Notes: a model not told the origin generated them from the sequence alone. A stretch of 64,000 nucleotides of DNA from an uncultured Methanosarcinaceae archaeon (GCA_963847185.1 CAWJYV010000001.1:256001-320000); one strand, 5' to 3'. Numbered from the stretch's first letter, positions 32,288 to 43,025 are shown. Numbers and translations: made by a program.

Positions 32288-32383
32288 ATGGAAACGGAAT
32301 TCAGGAACAATTTACTTTCAGCCGTTTTTTGGCTTCTTGTCTGGCTTGCTGTCAGGAGTTATTTGAATGTTTACTATCCTTAA
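32288..32383 (+). CDS. Putative 31-aa single-TM small protein
   Basis: METEFRNNLLSAVFWLLVWLAVRSYLNVYYP*; TATA-like ATATTAAATA about 25-30 nt upstream (possibly leaderless). Confidence 0.5.
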   Translation: METEFRNNLLSAVFWLLVWLAVRSYLNVYYP

Positions 32384-32574
32384 ATGATTCTTGATGGAGA
32401 ATTCGAAAAAGAGAAACTTTTAAAACCCATTAAAATCCATTAAAATCCATTAAACTGTTTCTCGGATTTATTAACTAATCCACTAATCCTATTTTTATTC
32501 AGAACCTTTAACTAATTGTAAAAAATTATTAAGATATTATTATATCTAATCCTATCTTATAACATGTGATAATT

Positions 32575-32934
32575 ATGGGGAAAGCTACCGAAGAAATCAA
32601 GCAAATAAAGGGCTTTGTGCCCAGATCTATTGCCTACGCTGAAAAGTTGGACGAAAACTTTGCCGAAGGAGTCGCTGGCTTTTATAAAGCTATCTGGGCT
32701 GAAAGGGAAGGCGGGCTTTCCATGAAACAGAAACATCTCATGGTCTTTGCTATTGCCTGTTCCAAGAACAACATAGAAAGCGCAGTAAAAATCCTCGAAA
32801 GGCTTCATAAGTTCGGAGCAACCAGAGCTGAGATCAACGACGTAATGATGATGGTTGCCTGGACCGGCGGGATGCAGAATTTCACGGATTTCAGTGCGCC
32901 GGTTCTAAAAGAAATGGAGAGGCTGGGCTTTTAA
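32575..32934 (+). CDS. Carboxymuconolactone decarboxylase (CMD/AhpD-like) family protein
   Basis: GLSMKQKHLMVFAIAC...GATRAEINDVMMMVAWTGG. Confidence 0.88.
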   Translation: MGKATEEIKQIKGFVPRSIAYAEKLDENFAEGVAGFYKAIWAEREGGLSMKQKHLMVFAIACSKNNIESAVKILERLHKFGATRAEINDVMMMVAWTGGMQNFTDFSAPVLKEMERLGF

Positions 32935-33367
32935 AGCCATCTCTCATATTTTCTCAATTCCTTTTATTCAGGCTTATTTTTCTCTTTTTATAGAATTACT
33001 GTGACTTTTATTATTACATAATTATTGTGTACAGTTTTAAATTACTTGATATATACAAATTTCATTTTTTTCGAAAGGTTTATTTACTCTGTTCCTGTAG
33101 AGAAACTCAAGAACATTTTCAAGTGCAAGCACTTACTTCAGACTTGAACTCATATGATTATGTTTAAATAAGGTACAAACATGTACTTCATAAAGGGACT
33201 CTAAGACATTTCTTTCAGTTATTATTGAGATATTTGTCCAGTAAACAAATTAAAAGTCCACATCGGGGAAAAACACTTTTAAAAAAAATACTTTTGAAGA
33301 AAAAAACTTTTAAACATAAAGCAAACTGTTTATATCCAGACTCAATAAAATAAATTATACTCTCCAG

Positions 33368-33913
33368 ATGGAAATATGTATTAAACAAGGCACGTTTCAA
33401 AAAGGGGTTGATAGGGTGGAACAGCCGGAAACATGTATAATCTTTCGAGAGGTGCAGGATCTTCATAATAATCTTTTCTTATTTGCTATCCTTTATCCTG
33501 CCTTCTTACTCTGGTGCATCGAAATATACAGTCTGATCTTCGGAAAACCTGTTATGGTCCAGAATATTTCTGACCTTCACTTATTTACACTCTGGGTTAT
33601 TTTTGGAGTTTTTTTCCCCCTGCTCTTTTACTGTATTAAACACATAACCGAAGTCAGGAAAGATGGAATATATATTCGCTTAATACCTCTGAATAGGTCC
33701 TTCAAAAAAATTCCCTTTTATATGGTAGAAGAATGCAAAATTCAAGCCTATGAGCCTTTTACAGGAAAAGATGTAGAGTTATCGAAAGCCTCAAAGACTG
33801 CAAACCTTGTTGTAATTCTTAAACTTATCTCAGGTAAAAAAATGCTGATTAACTCCAGAAAACCCGAAGAACTCTACAAAGCAATTACGCAGGCTTCAGC
33901 ACAACACTGTTGA
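33368..33913 (+). CDS. Membrane protein with PH-like C-terminus (DUF6141-like)
   Basis: Two TM helices, then TEVRKDGIYIR...GKKMLINSRKPEEL. Confidence 0.7.
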   Translation: MEICIKQGTFQKGVDRVEQPETCIIFREVQDLHNNLFLFAILYPAFLLWCIEIYSLIFGKPVMVQNISDLHLFTLWVIFGVFFPLLFYCIKHITEVRKDGIYIRLIPLNRSFKKIPFYMVEECKIQAYEPFTGKDVELSKASKTANLVVILKLISGKKMLINSRKPEELYKAITQASAQHC

Positions 33914-34260
33914 TTTTCCTTTTCTGCAGTTCTTATTTTTCTATAGATCTTTTATTTTTACCTGTTTTACTTTTAATTTATTATTTTTTACTTTTAATTT
34001 ATTTTACTTTTAACTTTATTTTACTTTTTCTGAACTTCCGGGCTCTCATATTTTAAGTCTTTAATCTTTTCGTAAAGTGGCAGCGATTACTCAGGATTCG
34101 CTGGTATTTTTATACTCCGATTTTCAATGTATTTTATACATGAATGTTTGTTTTGTACTGGATATTCATGGCACACGCCAGTTCGAAAATCAAACAGATT
34201 AGAGGGAATATAAAATTAGAAATTTAGAAGTCTTCAGGGGGGAGAAACATCAAAAAAAGC

Positions 34261-34893
34261 GTGGGGAAAAAGTTTTCACAGGAAGGGACGGAGTCGCTTT
34301 ACAGAGCCCATGCCGGAAAACCTATTATTGAACTTGAACTCAATAGTATGAGGCAGCTTTTTGATTCTTTTGATCCCGCCCCTTTTCATGAAAGAGATCT
34401 TGATCTGGATGCCGAAGAATATATTTACAACGCTGTAGACGAATTTCCTCTGAAAAAGGATCTCGAGATCATGATACATATTCCTCCCACCGAATTTTCT
34501 GCAGAAACCGAAAATGCCATTAAAAAAGCTATCAGGAATCATTTTTCCTACAAAAAAATACTTGCTGATCTTGAACTAAGGAGGCTTCTCTACAGGGGGA
34601 GGATAAATTTCATAATAGCTCTTGTTTTCCTTTTTCTGTGCCTTCTCACGATCAGGCTGCTTTCCACTTTTGAAGAAAGCCTGATAAACACTTTGCTTTC
34701 CGAAGGGCTCCTTATAATCGGCTGGGTCGCGATGTGGGATCCAATACATATTTTCCTCTATGGCTGGTGGCCAATTGTCCACAAACGCAATATTTACCAG
34801 AAAATCATTAATATGGATTTATATGTGGGAGTAAGAACTTCAACAGGAAAGAAAAATTCTCGCTACTTTTTTACCTCAAAAAAAGAAAACTGA
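34261..34893 (+). CDS. Hypothetical membrane protein, paralog 1
   Basis: QLFDSFDPAPFHERDLD...SEGLLIIGWVAMWDP...YGWWP. Confidence 0.85.
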   Translation: MGKKFSQEGTESLYRAHAGKPIIELELNSMRQLFDSFDPAPFHERDLDLDAEEYIYNAVDEFPLKKDLEIMIHIPPTEFSAETENAIKKAIRNHFSYKKILADLELRRLLYRGRINFIIALVFLFLCLLTIRLLSTFEESLINTLLSEGLLIIGWVAMWDPIHIFLYGWWPIVHKRNIYQKIINMDLYVGVRTSTGKKNSRYFFTSKKEN

Positions 34894-35105
34894 TATCTCT
34901 CCAGTTCTGAGAATTGAAAATTCTTTACTGATATCCGTCCATTAATCCATATATATTTTAGTTTAGTTTTTAAAATAATTAACGTTATTCATCTTTTTAT
35001 TTAGTGTTAGATAGGCAAAAAGGAAAGCCTTATATTTAACTGAATGATTAATTATTAAAAGTATATCCTGAAAATGAAAAATATTCTATAGAAGGTAGAT
35101 ATAAA

Positions 35106-35717
35106 ATGGTATGGGGAATCAATTTTTCCCCTGAAGGAACGGAAGCTCTTTACGTGGAGCACGATGGAAAATTTTTGATTGAAGTTGAACTTCGTAGTAT
35201 GATGCAGATCTTTAATTCTTTTGATCCTGCTCCCTTTCACGAAAAAGAGCTTGACGCGAGTGCAGAAGTATATATCTATAACTCGGTAGGAGAATTCCCT
35301 CTTAAAACGCCGCTTGGACTTATGATACATCTGCCCTCTTCGGAAATTGGAAAAGACACGGAAGAAACCCTCAAGAACGCTATTAAAAATCATTTTTTCT
35401 ACAAAAAACTCCTTATTGATCTTGAACTGAGAAGGATGCTTCAACGGGGAAGAAGAAACCTGATGATCGCCTTCGGCTTCCTTTTTCTGTGCCTGCTCCT
35501 CATCCGGTTCCTCTCAACCTTTGAAGGAGGCCTGTTAAAGAGCACGCTTTCCGAAGGTCTGACTATTATCGGATGGGTAGCTCTATGGGAACCTGTTACT
35601 GTTTTCCTCTACGGATGGTGGCCTCTTATCCAGAAAAAAAGTATTTACGAAAAAATCATTGGCATGGATACATATCTAGTGGCAGACTCGTCTGCAGGGG
35701 AGAAAAAAATCTACTAA
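35106..35717 (+). CDS. Hypothetical membrane protein, paralog 2
   Basis: QIFNSFDPAPFHEKELD...SEGLTIIGWVALWEP...YGWWP; tandem paralog of 34261. Confidence 0.85.
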   Translation: MVWGINFSPEGTEALYVEHDGKFLIEVELRSMMQIFNSFDPAPFHEKELDASAEVYIYNSVGEFPLKTPLGLMIHLPSSEIGKDTEETLKNAIKNHFFYKKLLIDLELRRMLQRGRRNLMIAFGFLFLCLLLIRFLSTFEGGLLKSTLSEGLTIIGWVALWEPVTVFLYGWWPLIQKKSIYEKIIGMDTYLVADSSAGEKKIY

Positions 35718-35944
35718 ACCTTATTTCAGAATACTGATCTCGAACACGTGGGGGAGCTAGTAACCACTCGACAGTAGTTCAGTCTGTCAATGCAGGCAGT
35801 GATGACATAAAATCGGAGAAAAGGGCAGGACACCCCGGGAAGAGGTGTGATATATGCCCCTTCTCGAGACAGACCTTGGACAGACCAGTAGGGAAACCTG
35901 GCCGCATCTTCAATTAAGATTCTGAAATTCTCGGTGATACGGCT

Positions 35945-38230
35945 TTATAAGGGAATGATCTTAAGGGACCACCGGTTGAGCTTGCCCACATCCTCTCTAG
36001 CCAGATCTGCGACTTTCAAAGTCCATTTTCCCTTTATGGATTCTCCGGAAAGCTTTGCCAGGTCAGGAGTGGTGGAGGCAGAATAATTCTTTATAAGATT
36101 ATTCTGTCCTGTCCCAAACCTGTTGTGCAAATCTATGCTGGTCCCTTTTGGTGACACAATGGTTGCCTTAAGGTCGCCTATGTATGTGTGTGTTATATCG
36201 ACGGCTACTTCAACACTCTTTACCTGACCTGAAGCCTCAAAGGTAATCGATTTCGCGATCCCAATTTCATTGTTGTCCGGTATTTTCTCAGCCTCGGAAT
36301 TTTCCGCCTCTATAACGTTACTCTCTGCATCTCTAATCTCGCGGTCCCGTCTAATCTTACTCCTGAGGGCCCAATTATTCAGGACTCCCTTATCTGATGC
36401 TGCAAGGTCCTGCACTAAAAGAACCCATTCTCCTTTCAGAGGCTTGCCTATCATGTTGCGAAGGTCCGGTGCCGAAGAGTCATCGAAAGTAGTCTTCAGG
36501 TTGTCGTTGCTGGCACCCTTCCTATCGTAAAGAAGTGCACGGTCTCCTGACGGAGAAATAAGTGTCACCTTCAAATCCCCACAGAACGGATGGGTTATAT
36601 CGACGCTTACCTCTAATGATGAAACCACAGCATCTTCATCAAACATTATCTTATCACTGACTCCGAGGGGATTATTATCGGGTATCGATTTTGCAGGACT
36701 TGAGACTCTATCGACCCAGTTCGAGTTATCCGAAAATCTAAAAATAATCTCTCTTCCCGCATCCCCAATATCTACAATCTCTAATCCAGAAGAGGTCCCA
36801 TCCCACCATTTGCTACTAGGTTTTGTGGAGTCGCCGAACTTAGAGTTATTTATTTTATTGAACAAATCCTTTTCATCCCCGCCATTGGCATCATGCTCCA
36901 GGTGAAATTGGTTGTCTGCCTGGACGATAGCACACTCGTAATGCTTATCGCAAGTCATTTGTTCGTTTTCATTGTTTCCCAGTTCGTCCACATGCCATAT
37001 GGCGAGTCCGGAGGAAGGCAGGGATCTGTCCCTATTTTCACGGCATCTGCATTCGATTAAGTAGTATTCCGCTCGGTTTTTTACAGCTTTAAAGAATTCG
37101 TTAGTCCCGGCCCTGGCAGTATATACACCATCTGTGAGAATTGTTTCCTTGCTGGCCCAACCAGCTGCTGCTTTGAGGTAAGCACAAACTTGGACAGGAT
37201 TTTTTTTGTTTGGCCCTCCGGAAGCCATGAGGCAATAATGGCCGACACCCCTTGACTGATATCCGTAGTCGTAGAGGTCAGGAAAATCACATATCATATG
37301 GCCGTTCTCGTGGCAGAATACTCCCAGAGTAAGCTCACTGCCCATATTGGTGATCTGGTAATCGTGGATTTTTCTTCCGTTCCCTACATTTAAAGGAGAA
37401 ACTAAAGCCCAGGAATGAGGCCAGAGCCCTTCGTTCCAGTTATTCGCAACAGGTCCTGCGTAAAATATATTCAGAGCATAAACGAACCCCTCGTTATCTG
37501 CGCTGAGACTGCCGAAATCAAAGCCCTTTGCCTTGAAATATTTGAGAGCTTCGAGGATTAGCTCCCGGGCTCTTTTTCCGATAGGTATGGCGGGATCGGT
37601 ATAATAGGCTCTGGGATTTTTGGCGGTATAGTACGGTGTGACTATGTTCGTATAATTCAGCTTCTCCCCTGAAATCTCGGAGAAATAATCATGGACAGAC
37701 CCCGAATTTCCAAAGCCGATATAATCCTGCTTGTTGCAGAAACCCTCTACCTCAGATTGGGGAATTGTGCCGGGTACGTCGGGAAACTGCACCAGAATGC
37801 AAAGTCCAAGATAATCGCCTTTCGTCTCCTTCTCAGGGGGAGCCGGAAGGATGCCTCGGGACATCACCGCCATTCTTTTCGCCTCTTTATTCTTCTGCCT
37901 TCTCTCCTCCCATCTTGTCGTGGCACCCAACCCGCGGGAGGCAGCCCTTGCCTGCTCCCTGGCTGCATCCTTTGATATCCTTATATGTTTCTCAATGCCT
38001 AGAGTAGCCGGATCTACAAGCCCGATTACTGCGCCTGTAGTTTCAAGGAAGCTCTCATCGGCTGATAGCTTTGCATATTGATAGTAGCCCGTAACCGGGT
38101 CCTTGACGACTGTAAACCCATCGAGTGTCTCGAAGACTGCGTGACTCTGGTTTCCCCAACCTTTAAGCTTGATATTAGTTCCGTCAGGTTGAGTGAATTC
38201 AAATTCTTCGTTGTAAAACGGACGTGGCAT
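35945..38230 (-). CDS. M6 family (immune inhibitor A-like) zinc metalloprotease with two C-terminal proprotein-convertase P domains
   Basis: QPDG propeptide, GSVHDYF, HENGH...DLYD, Met-turn CLMASG, IWHVDE; two IPDNN...VDITH..GDL...SP.G...G.W.L.V.D...D.G.LN.W.L repeats. Confidence 0.9.
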   Translation of the reverse strand: MPRPFYNEEFEFTQPDGTNIKLKGWGNQSHAVFETLDGFTVVKDPVTGYYQYAKLSADESFLETTGAVIGLVDPATLGIEKHIRISKDAAREQARAASRGLGATTRWEERRQKNKEAKRMAVMSRGILPAPPEKETKGDYLGLCILVQFPDVPGTIPQSEVEGFCNKQDYIGFGNSGSVHDYFSEISGEKLNYTNIVTPYYTAKNPRAYYTDPAIPIGKRARELILEALKYFKAKGFDFGSLSADNEGFVYALNIFYAGPVANNWNEGLWPHSWALVSPLNVGNGRKIHDYQITNMGSELTLGVFCHENGHMICDFPDLYDYGYQSRGVGHYCLMASGGPNKKNPVQVCAYLKAAAGWASKETILTDGVYTARAGTNEFFKAVKNRAEYYLIECRCRENRDRSLPSSGLAIWHVDELGNNENEQMTCDKHYECAIVQADNQFHLEHDANGGDEKDLFNKINNSKFGDSTKPSSKWWDGTSSGLEIVDIGDAGREIIFRFSDNSNWVDRVSSPAKSIPDNNPLGVSDKIMFDEDAVVSSLEVSVDITHPFCGDLKVTLISPSGDRALLYDRKGASNDNLKTTFDDSSAPDLRNMIGKPLKGEWVLLVQDLAASDKGVLNNWALRSKIRRDREIRDAESNVIEAENSEAEKIPDNNEIGIAKSITFEASGQVKSVEVAVDITHTYIGDLKATIVSPKGTSIDLHNRFGTGQNNLIKNYSASTTPDLAKLSGESIKGKWTLKVADLAREDVGKLNRWSLKIIPL

Positions 38231-38654
38231 ATTTGATACTCCTTTACTCCACTTACTAGAATCCCAGGTCTACCAGCTTATCCGAGTTATATAATTCAGA
38301 GCAGGCTGGTACACATTTATCATAAACACTGGGTTAGTACAGCACATTATCTTCGCAGAATGATATATATTTTTGTAGAATGATACGAAGTATCTTATCT
38401 TAATTTTTAGAGACATCTTTTTATAAAAACGACAAAGGATCTTATTCAGAAAACATTTTGTGACCCCTGAAATTTCTTGGTTATTACTGCACTTCCTCAC
38501 TATCGGCAGTAGGTGGTCATGCAGGAGTTCAGTTAATAATTTATAGAATCTCAGAACATATATTCTTTAATATTAATTTCCCTTAATATGGTTAGTACAA
38601 TTAATCGTGGCAAAATTATGTGACAACCTTATAATATATTAGAGAAGAGAAAAA

Positions 38655-38875
38655 CAGATCTTCCTTTTCTTGATCTGCCTGTAGTAGGGCTTCTTTCAAC
38701 TGCTGAGAAGTCATGTTAAAATCCATGCTTCCGAAAGTCTGACTATTATCGGCTGGGTTTACTGGAACCTGTTGCCATTTTCCCTTACGGGTGGTGGCTT
38801 CTTGCCCATAATAGAAATGTTTACAAAAAAATCATTGATATGGATGTAAAAGTAAGCAGCAATTTTCGGAGCTAA
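38655..38875 (+). pseudogene. Degraded 3' fragment of a third copy of the 34261/35106 membrane-protein family
   Basis: CTTCCGAAAGTCTGACTATTATCGGCTGGG...GAACCTGTTGCCATTTTCCCTTACGGGTGGTGG...AAAAAATCATTGATATGGAT aligns to 35548-35668 with indels. Confidence 0.8.
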
Positions 38876-38962
38876 AAAATTTAACTGCAGATTACTGCAG
38901 TTTATCCTATAAAAAGTCCTGAAACTGGTATCTCAGATTGCTTAAACTTAGTTTGGAAAAAT

Positions 38963-39994
38963 TTATTCGAAAACTTTTGCGTCCACAACCACATGTAGAA
39001 CACCGGGAGAATATTTCTTTATTCTGCGAGTCTCCAGGATTTCGACTTTTCTTCCCAGTGACTCGGCAGCTTTATTTATTCTTTCCTGAGGCCTTGTCCT
39101 GGCAAGATTTTCCGGAACTGTTTCATGATAATGCAGGACACCTCCACTTTTTTTCAGAGCCTTTATAGCAGATTCAAGATAGTGATGAGTGGTTCCCACA
39201 TAACCCATTAATACGCGATCGGCTATCCCTTCCGGAGTGGATTCAGAGCAGTCTCCACAAATAGGGACAATGATATCCTCTACATCATTTAACTTGATAT
39301 TTTTCTCCAGGTAGGCAAAAGATTCAGGATTTATTTCAATGCTCATTATTTTTTTTGGCCTTGAGTGGACAGCCATGGGGATCGAGAAGTATCCTATTCC
39401 TGCAAACATGTCTACGACAAGCTCCCCTTTTCCCAACCTGCTCATCCTTTTTCTCTCTTCAAGGTTGCCTTTGGAATACATCACCTTTGTTACATCCTGA
39501 TTGAAAAGGCAACCGTGCTCTTTATGGATGGTTTCCGTCCCGCTCCCGAGCAAAAGTTCTCTTTTTGGCTGGCGGAATTGCCCTTCTATCCCGAAATCTC
39601 TGACCACGCTCCTGCACTTTGGATGCAAGGAAAGCAGAGCTCTGGCTATAAGGAGTTTTTTTTCATCAAGGCTTTCAGGAATACTAACGATTATGATATC
39701 TCCCAAAATTTGCCAGCCTGATGGAACCACTTCCAGTTCTTTTTTTGAGAGATGCCCTTTCAGAGATTCCTTAAGAGACTTAGTCTCAGTTAGAAATTCA
39801 GGTTTTTCCTGTTCAATTACCGGAAAATCCCCTACTTTTTCTCCTGCAGCCTCAGTAACAGGAATTTCCAGAAAAGTATCTTCTGCGGTCTGGAGTTTTC
39901 GGATTTTTCTTGCAGTGTCCAGAAATTTTCCGTTGATTGCTTTTTCCCTGATTTCTTCCCCTTTTTCCGGGGGAACCCGAATTATTCTGTACAT
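38963..39994 (-). CDS. taw2: Trm5/TYW2-family SAM-dependent tRNA wyosine-pathway enzyme (Taw2-like)
   Basis: WQILGDI, ETIHKEHG, DVTKVMYSKGNLEE, VDMFAGIGYFS, DRVLMG, HYHE, IKKYSP. Confidence 0.82.
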   Translation of the reverse strand: MYRIIRVPPEKGEEIREKAINGKFLDTARKIRKLQTAEDTFLEIPVTEAAGEKVGDFPVIEQEKPEFLTETKSLKESLKGHLSKKELEVVPSGWQILGDIIIVSIPESLDEKKLLIARALLSLHPKCRSVVRDFGIEGQFRQPKRELLLGSGTETIHKEHGCLFNQDVTKVMYSKGNLEERKRMSRLGKGELVVDMFAGIGYFSIPMAVHSRPKKIMSIEINPESFAYLEKNIKLNDVEDIIVPICGDCSESTPEGIADRVLMGYVGTTHHYLESAIKALKKSGGVLHYHETVPENLARTRPQERINKAAESLGRKVEILETRRIKKYSPGVLHVVVDAKVFE

Positions 39995-40453
39995 TGGAAT
40001 TGAAGGATAGCATGCATGGAATTAATGTTTTGTGTTTGAATTCTATGTAAATCAATTAGCATAAACATTACAGACATAACTTGAAGTATGGATTACATAT
40101 TGAAAAAATAAATAAACAAAAAAGTATAAATAATCAAAGAAAGTACATATCTTAACCTGGTGAGGTATCCGTTTAGAGGACATTATGCTTTTTGGCCTTC
40201 TGGAGCGAGCAATAGGGCGATGAAAACTCCTATGATCAGTTTATGCTGTAAATTTCAATAAAGGTAATTATTTTTTTATAATTTTTCCTATTAATCGGAA
40301 AATAATGCAGATAAATCGTAGTCTAAGGCGGGCATAATTGAGAATTTTTTATTAGTCCTGACTGGAGTTTGATTATTTCCTAAACCAAGGGTTATTTTTA
40401 AAGATAAGTATTGGAAAGGAGGCTACTCCATATTCGTATGTGAGTGTGGGAAA

Positions 40454-40786
40454 TTGGTAAGGGAAGGACTACAGGAAGACACATTCAAAGATTATATTAA
40501 GACATCCCTAAATCCATCTACCAGAACTATAGGACACAGGAAATGCGGGCTCATTTTTAATTTTGTGGATGGAAACTGGCCAAAAAAGTACTCTACAAGA
40601 AAAGAATTGAAAATTTTGGCAGCAACATTTGCAGAATGCAATAAATTATCTTCCGAAATAGTTGCAAAATTTCTGCTAGAGGTAGATAGGCTAAAGTCTT
40701 GTGGTAAACTTTCTGATGATAGAATTCTTGTATATGCGTATCAGAGTGTTCTGGAAATTGAAAGCACCGATAAGCCAGTTTCATAG
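40454..40786 (+). CDS. Hypothetical protein immediately upstream of the CIS ATPase
   Basis: 110-aa ORF, co-oriented, ends 34 bp before the ATPase; no recognisable family. Confidence 0.5.
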   Translation: MVREGLQEDTFKDYIKTSLNPSTRTIGHRKCGLIFNFVDGNWPKKYSTRKELKILAATFAECNKLSSEIVAKFLLEVDRLKSCGKLSDDRILVYAYQSVLEIESTDKPVS

Positions 40787-40820
40787 ATTGGAAGTCTGAT
40801 TTCAAAAAAGATGGTATTGT

Positions 40821-43025
40821 TTGCTATCCAATATGAAGCCATATGCCGATAATCTCGAACATCTTCTGGACGAACTTTCCAGAATAGATTTGCTAATACA
40901 AAGTTACGTTGATAGTTTTAGAGAAGAATTTCCTGAGACTGGAGACGAATTTAGAGGTCTTTATATATCAGAAGCTGAAATCGACCAGATCCAAAAAAAT
41001 CCAGGTATTAGAAGCAAAAAGGGAAAATTGCAAGAGGTAAAAATTGAAAAGTTTACGGAAATTGATTCAGTAAGAAATAAAATTAATGCCAAAAAAGAAG
41101 AAAGCCTTAAAAAAGGTATTGAACTAAGACTTCATATTCTTTCGGAACTTTTTTGTCTTGATTCTTTCGAGATAGATATTCTTTTAATCGGGCTTGCCCC
41201 GGAACTGGACCTCAAATATGAAAAGCTTTATTCATATCTTCAAAATGACGTGATGAAAAAAAAGCCGACCATAGATCTGATTCTGACTTTTCTCTTCCCA
41301 ATAATCGAGGAAAAAATCAAAGCTAGAGCCTATTTTTCACCTTCTTCCTCCCTTCGAAAAAACCAGCTGATTCATCTATTGGATGGAGAAGCAAACTCAG
41401 GTTCCTCCCTGATATCTAACTCTATCAAAATCGATGAAAGAATAATTAATTTTTTACTCGGGTTTGATGAGCTTGATCCAGGAATTCGGGATTCTTGTTA
41501 TGTGATAAAGCCTGAAAAATCTTTTGATTACCTGATTCTGCCTGAGGATTTAAAAAGTAAGCTAGTAAAAATGGTAAGCTGGTACAGGGGAAACAGGTTT
41601 CCAATGAAGCTTTTGCTTTGCGGTACTTCAGGAAGTGGAAAAAAAACTGCCGCAGAAGCTGTCTGCAGGGAGACAGGAGCAAACCTTTTAATAGTGGATT
41701 CAAAAGTCCTGCTAGAAGGCAAGTCGATAGATACTGCAAATCTCATAATGCGAGAATCACTCCTGCAAAATTATGTGCTATATTTTCAAGCTTTTGATGT
41801 GTTTCTCGAAGACAAAGAAACAATAAATTATTCTGAAATTCTCATTCAGGCTCTAAAGGCCTTCCCTGGATGGATATTTTTAGCAGGAAAAAAACCTATG
41901 GAATTTGATAAAGATTTGATAAATAACGGTTTCGTCCCTTGTTCCTTTCCTCTGCCTTCATACTCGGTTCGTAAACAGTTATGGGAATCCTGCCTGAAAA
42001 ATTATAAATTGGCCGAAGGGGTGGGCTTGAATGCGCTTGCGAGCAAATTCAAATTTAATGGCGGTCAAATAATAGATGCTGCCCGCACAGCATGCAGTTT
42101 TGCAGGAGAAAAAAATCCTGCTAGCCCGGTATTATCAATGGAAGAGCTCTATAAAGGCTGCAAAATACAGACTCACCACAAACTCAACTCCTTTGCCCTG
42201 AGAACCAGTCCGCATTATAAATGGGAAGATATTGTCCTTCCGAAAGACACTATGGAGCATTTAAAAGAGATTTCCAGCTTTATCAAATATAAAGGAAAGG
42301 TGCATTCCGACTGGGGCTTTGAAAAAAAATTATCTCTAGGAAAAGGCTTGAATGTTCTTTTTTCAGGTCCTCCCGGAACCGGAAAAACTATGGCTGCAGA
42401 AATTCTCGCAAATGAGGTAAAGCTTGATCTTTACAAAATTGACCTTTCCAGTGTGGTCAGCAAGTACATAGGTGAGACAGAGAAAAATCTGAAGAAGATC
42501 TTTGATGAAGCTGAAACAAGCAATTCAATCCTCTTCTTTGATGAAGCCGATGCCCTCTTTGGAAAACGTTCTGAAGTTAAGGATGCTCATGATAGGTATG
42601 CCAACATAGAGATCAGTTACCTGCTTCAAAAGATGGAAGAGTATGAAGGAATTGTTATACTTGCGACAAACCTGCACGGAAATATCGATGATGCTTTTCT
42701 GAGGAGAATGCAATTTGTTATAGAGTTTCCATTCCCTGATGAAAAACTGCGATTGCAGATATGGACCAGGATTTTTCCGGAAGATGCGCCTCTTGCTAAG
42801 GATGTAAATTACAAGTTTTTCTCAGATAAATTAAAACTTGCTGGAGGAAATATTAAAAATATTGCACTTGCGGCGGCATTTCAAGCTGCAGAGGGGTCTT
42901 GCGATATCGGGATGCGTCAACTCATGCATGCTACAAAAAGAGAATATCAGAAAATCGGAAAACCTTTTTTGAAGGTAGACTTTGAGCCATATTACAAACT
43001 GATAGAATCGGAGGAGGTGCAATGA
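40821..43025 (+). CDS. eCIS AAA+ ATPase (Afp15/Pvc15-like)
   Basis: N-terminal LAPELDLKYEKLYSYLQND..KKKPT; degenerate first AAA (GTSGSGKK); second AAA GPPGTGKT, SKYIGETEKNL, FFDEADALFGKR..VKDAHDRYAN, DAFLRR. Confidence 0.95.
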   Translation: MLSNMKPYADNLEHLLDELSRIDLLIQSYVDSFREEFPETGDEFRGLYISEAEIDQIQKNPGIRSKKGKLQEVKIEKFTEIDSVRNKINAKKEESLKKGIELRLHILSELFCLDSFEIDILLIGLAPELDLKYEKLYSYLQNDVMKKKPTIDLILTFLFPIIEEKIKARAYFSPSSSLRKNQLIHLLDGEANSGSSLISNSIKIDERIINFLLGFDELDPGIRDSCYVIKPEKSFDYLILPEDLKSKLVKMVSWYRGNRFPMKLLLCGTSGSGKKTAAEAVCRETGANLLIVDSKVLLEGKSIDTANLIMRESLLQNYVLYFQAFDVFLEDKETINYSEILIQALKAFPGWIFLAGKKPMEFDKDLINNGFVPCSFPLPSYSVRKQLWESCLKNYKLAEGVGLNALASKFKFNGGQIIDAARTACSFAGEKNPASPVLSMEELYKGCKIQTHHKLNSFALRTSPHYKWEDIVLPKDTMEHLKEISSFIKYKGKVHSDWGFEKKLSLGKGLNVLFSGPPGTGKTMAAEILANEVKLDLYKIDLSSVVSKYIGETEKNLKKIFDEAETSNSILFFDEADALFGKRSEVKDAHDRYANIEISYLLQKMEEYEGIVILATNLHGNIDDAFLRRMQFVIEFPFPDEKLRLQIWTRIFPEDAPLAKDVNYKFFSDKLKLAGGNIKNIALAAAFQAAEGSCDIGMRQLMHATKREYQKIGKPFLKVDFEPYYKLIESEEVQ

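Noticed and set aside
40214-40260. Fluoride riboswitch-like GGCGATG motif
   Set aside because: The pairing partner and 3' conserved segment are missing, and there is no fluoride exporter downstream.
40784-40850. Amber read-through fusing the 40454 ORF to the ATPase
   Set aside because: The ORF ends in TAG but is in a different frame from the ATPase; read-through hits TAA about 22 codons later.
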